Origin: Pseudovirgaria hyperparasitica
Taxonomy: Eukaryota
DNA length: 64,000 nt
Reading direction: 5' to 3' (one strand)
NCBI GenBank assembly: GCA_010093815.1
Contig: ML996578.1
In this document: one piece after another, positions 63,078 through 64,000 of the stretch
Layout: every line of letters begins with the position of its first letter
Numbering within the stretch: position 1 is the first letter of the stretch
Notes under the pieces: generated by a model
Told to the model about the DNA's origin: nothing
The model's input: the letters and a program-made list of their open reading frames with translations, nothing else
The model's database searches: none
Made by a program: the position numbers and the translations under genes

Positions 63078-63147
63078 GGCTGATGAGACTAAGAGAGTGT
63101 CGAAAGAGGGCTGATGAGACTAAGAGAGTGTCGAAAGAGGGCTGATG
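63078..63147 (+). repeat. Perfect 31-bp tandem repeat (~2.3 copies) containing CTGATGA-GAC-N9-GTC-GAAA
   Basis: GGCTGATGAGACTAAGAGAGTGTCGAAAGAG repeated; read directly. Confidence 0.9.
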
Positions 63148-64000
63148 GGTAAAAAGAAAGGGGGGGGGCGGAAGGGGAGGGGCATAAAATCTGCCAGAAC
63201 CAGTGCTAATCGCATAAGAGCAAACAAGAGGTGTTTTACAGTGCAGACGATTGTCTAATAATGGTCACGCGAGCAGCAACAGGACCAGGTAAACAGTATA
63301 TTATAGTATCATTATTCCCGTGTGTGCTTGCCGGGCCGATAGATATCTTTGTCGCAGACTAAATATAGCGCGGCCCATCACCACCAACCCTGACACAGAT
63401 CAGTAAAAAGTGGCTCGACCGCCAGGCCCGCTTGACCTGCCGAGCGTATGAGTGGATGAGGTGATGTAGAGGCTTAAGCACGATCCATAAGCGAGGAAGA
63501 CAGGCCACGCAGATGGTCTCATCGTCTAGCCTTGAGAGGGGGGCAGCTACCTCCGAAAAAGAAAAGACATCTACGTGCGAAGAACGACACTACTAATGAC
63601 TTCGCCATGCATGTTTGCTTATTTCGATGGATCCCTCGGGGCATGACGAAAGGGATTTATGGGTGGCTGTTGTGCTGTGAAGATAGGATAGAAGCGGGTC
63701 TGCGAATGGATGGGTACGTAGCTCACGTCCAAGACTAATAAGAAATGCTAAGACGCTTGATAGGAGAATACCAAGAAGTACACATTGACAGGACCACGCA
63801 AGAAAGGCCCGAATATGGTAGTTCCCATGTATGTCCTACATACTACGGAGTATGGTAGACAGCCCTTGGATGCTTTGTCCAGGCTGCATGCAGGCTGCAG
63901 GTCGCTGCTACATGGGGATGAAACAGGAACAAGTGTCATATCTCATTTGTGCATAGAAGACCTTCTTATGCTGTGCCGCTTGCGGTAATGAGAGAAGGAA

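Noticed and set aside
63078..63147. CRISPR-like array
   Set aside because: No spacers, eukaryotic context, no cas genes

Overview
Gene-dense, intron-containing genomic DNA from a filamentous ascomycete (Pezizomycotina, probably a Dothideomycete; inferred from short GT..CTRAY..YAG introns and protein style). About 22 protein-coding genes are supported. Well-recognised ones: RRP36, a NIF/HAD-family protein, SPATA20/YyaL, ATG8, HEM13, APE2-type M1 aminopeptidase, GH43 xylosidase, ORC5, an AAA ATPase, FAB1, MnSOD, PEX39-like, SCD6, GIS2, an F-box protein, SAE2/CtIP and an S28 peptidase. Several features emerge only after manual splicing or RNA reading: (i) an MnSOD with an in-frame signal peptide, followed directly by a spliced 139-aa gene resembling a ligand-less Cu/Zn-SOD/CCS fold; (ii) a 74-aa GYY-repeat microprotein; (iii) an snR52-like box C/D snoRNA in SCD6 intron 3; (iv) a Dig1-like MAPK-docking protein; (v) a TPP1/Est3-like OB-fold protein with MCB boxes; (vi) a 31-bp tandem repeat carrying a hammerhead-ribozyme-like core. 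No transposon, tRNA, rRNA or CRISPR was seen. All family calls come from motif recognition by eye, not database searches.
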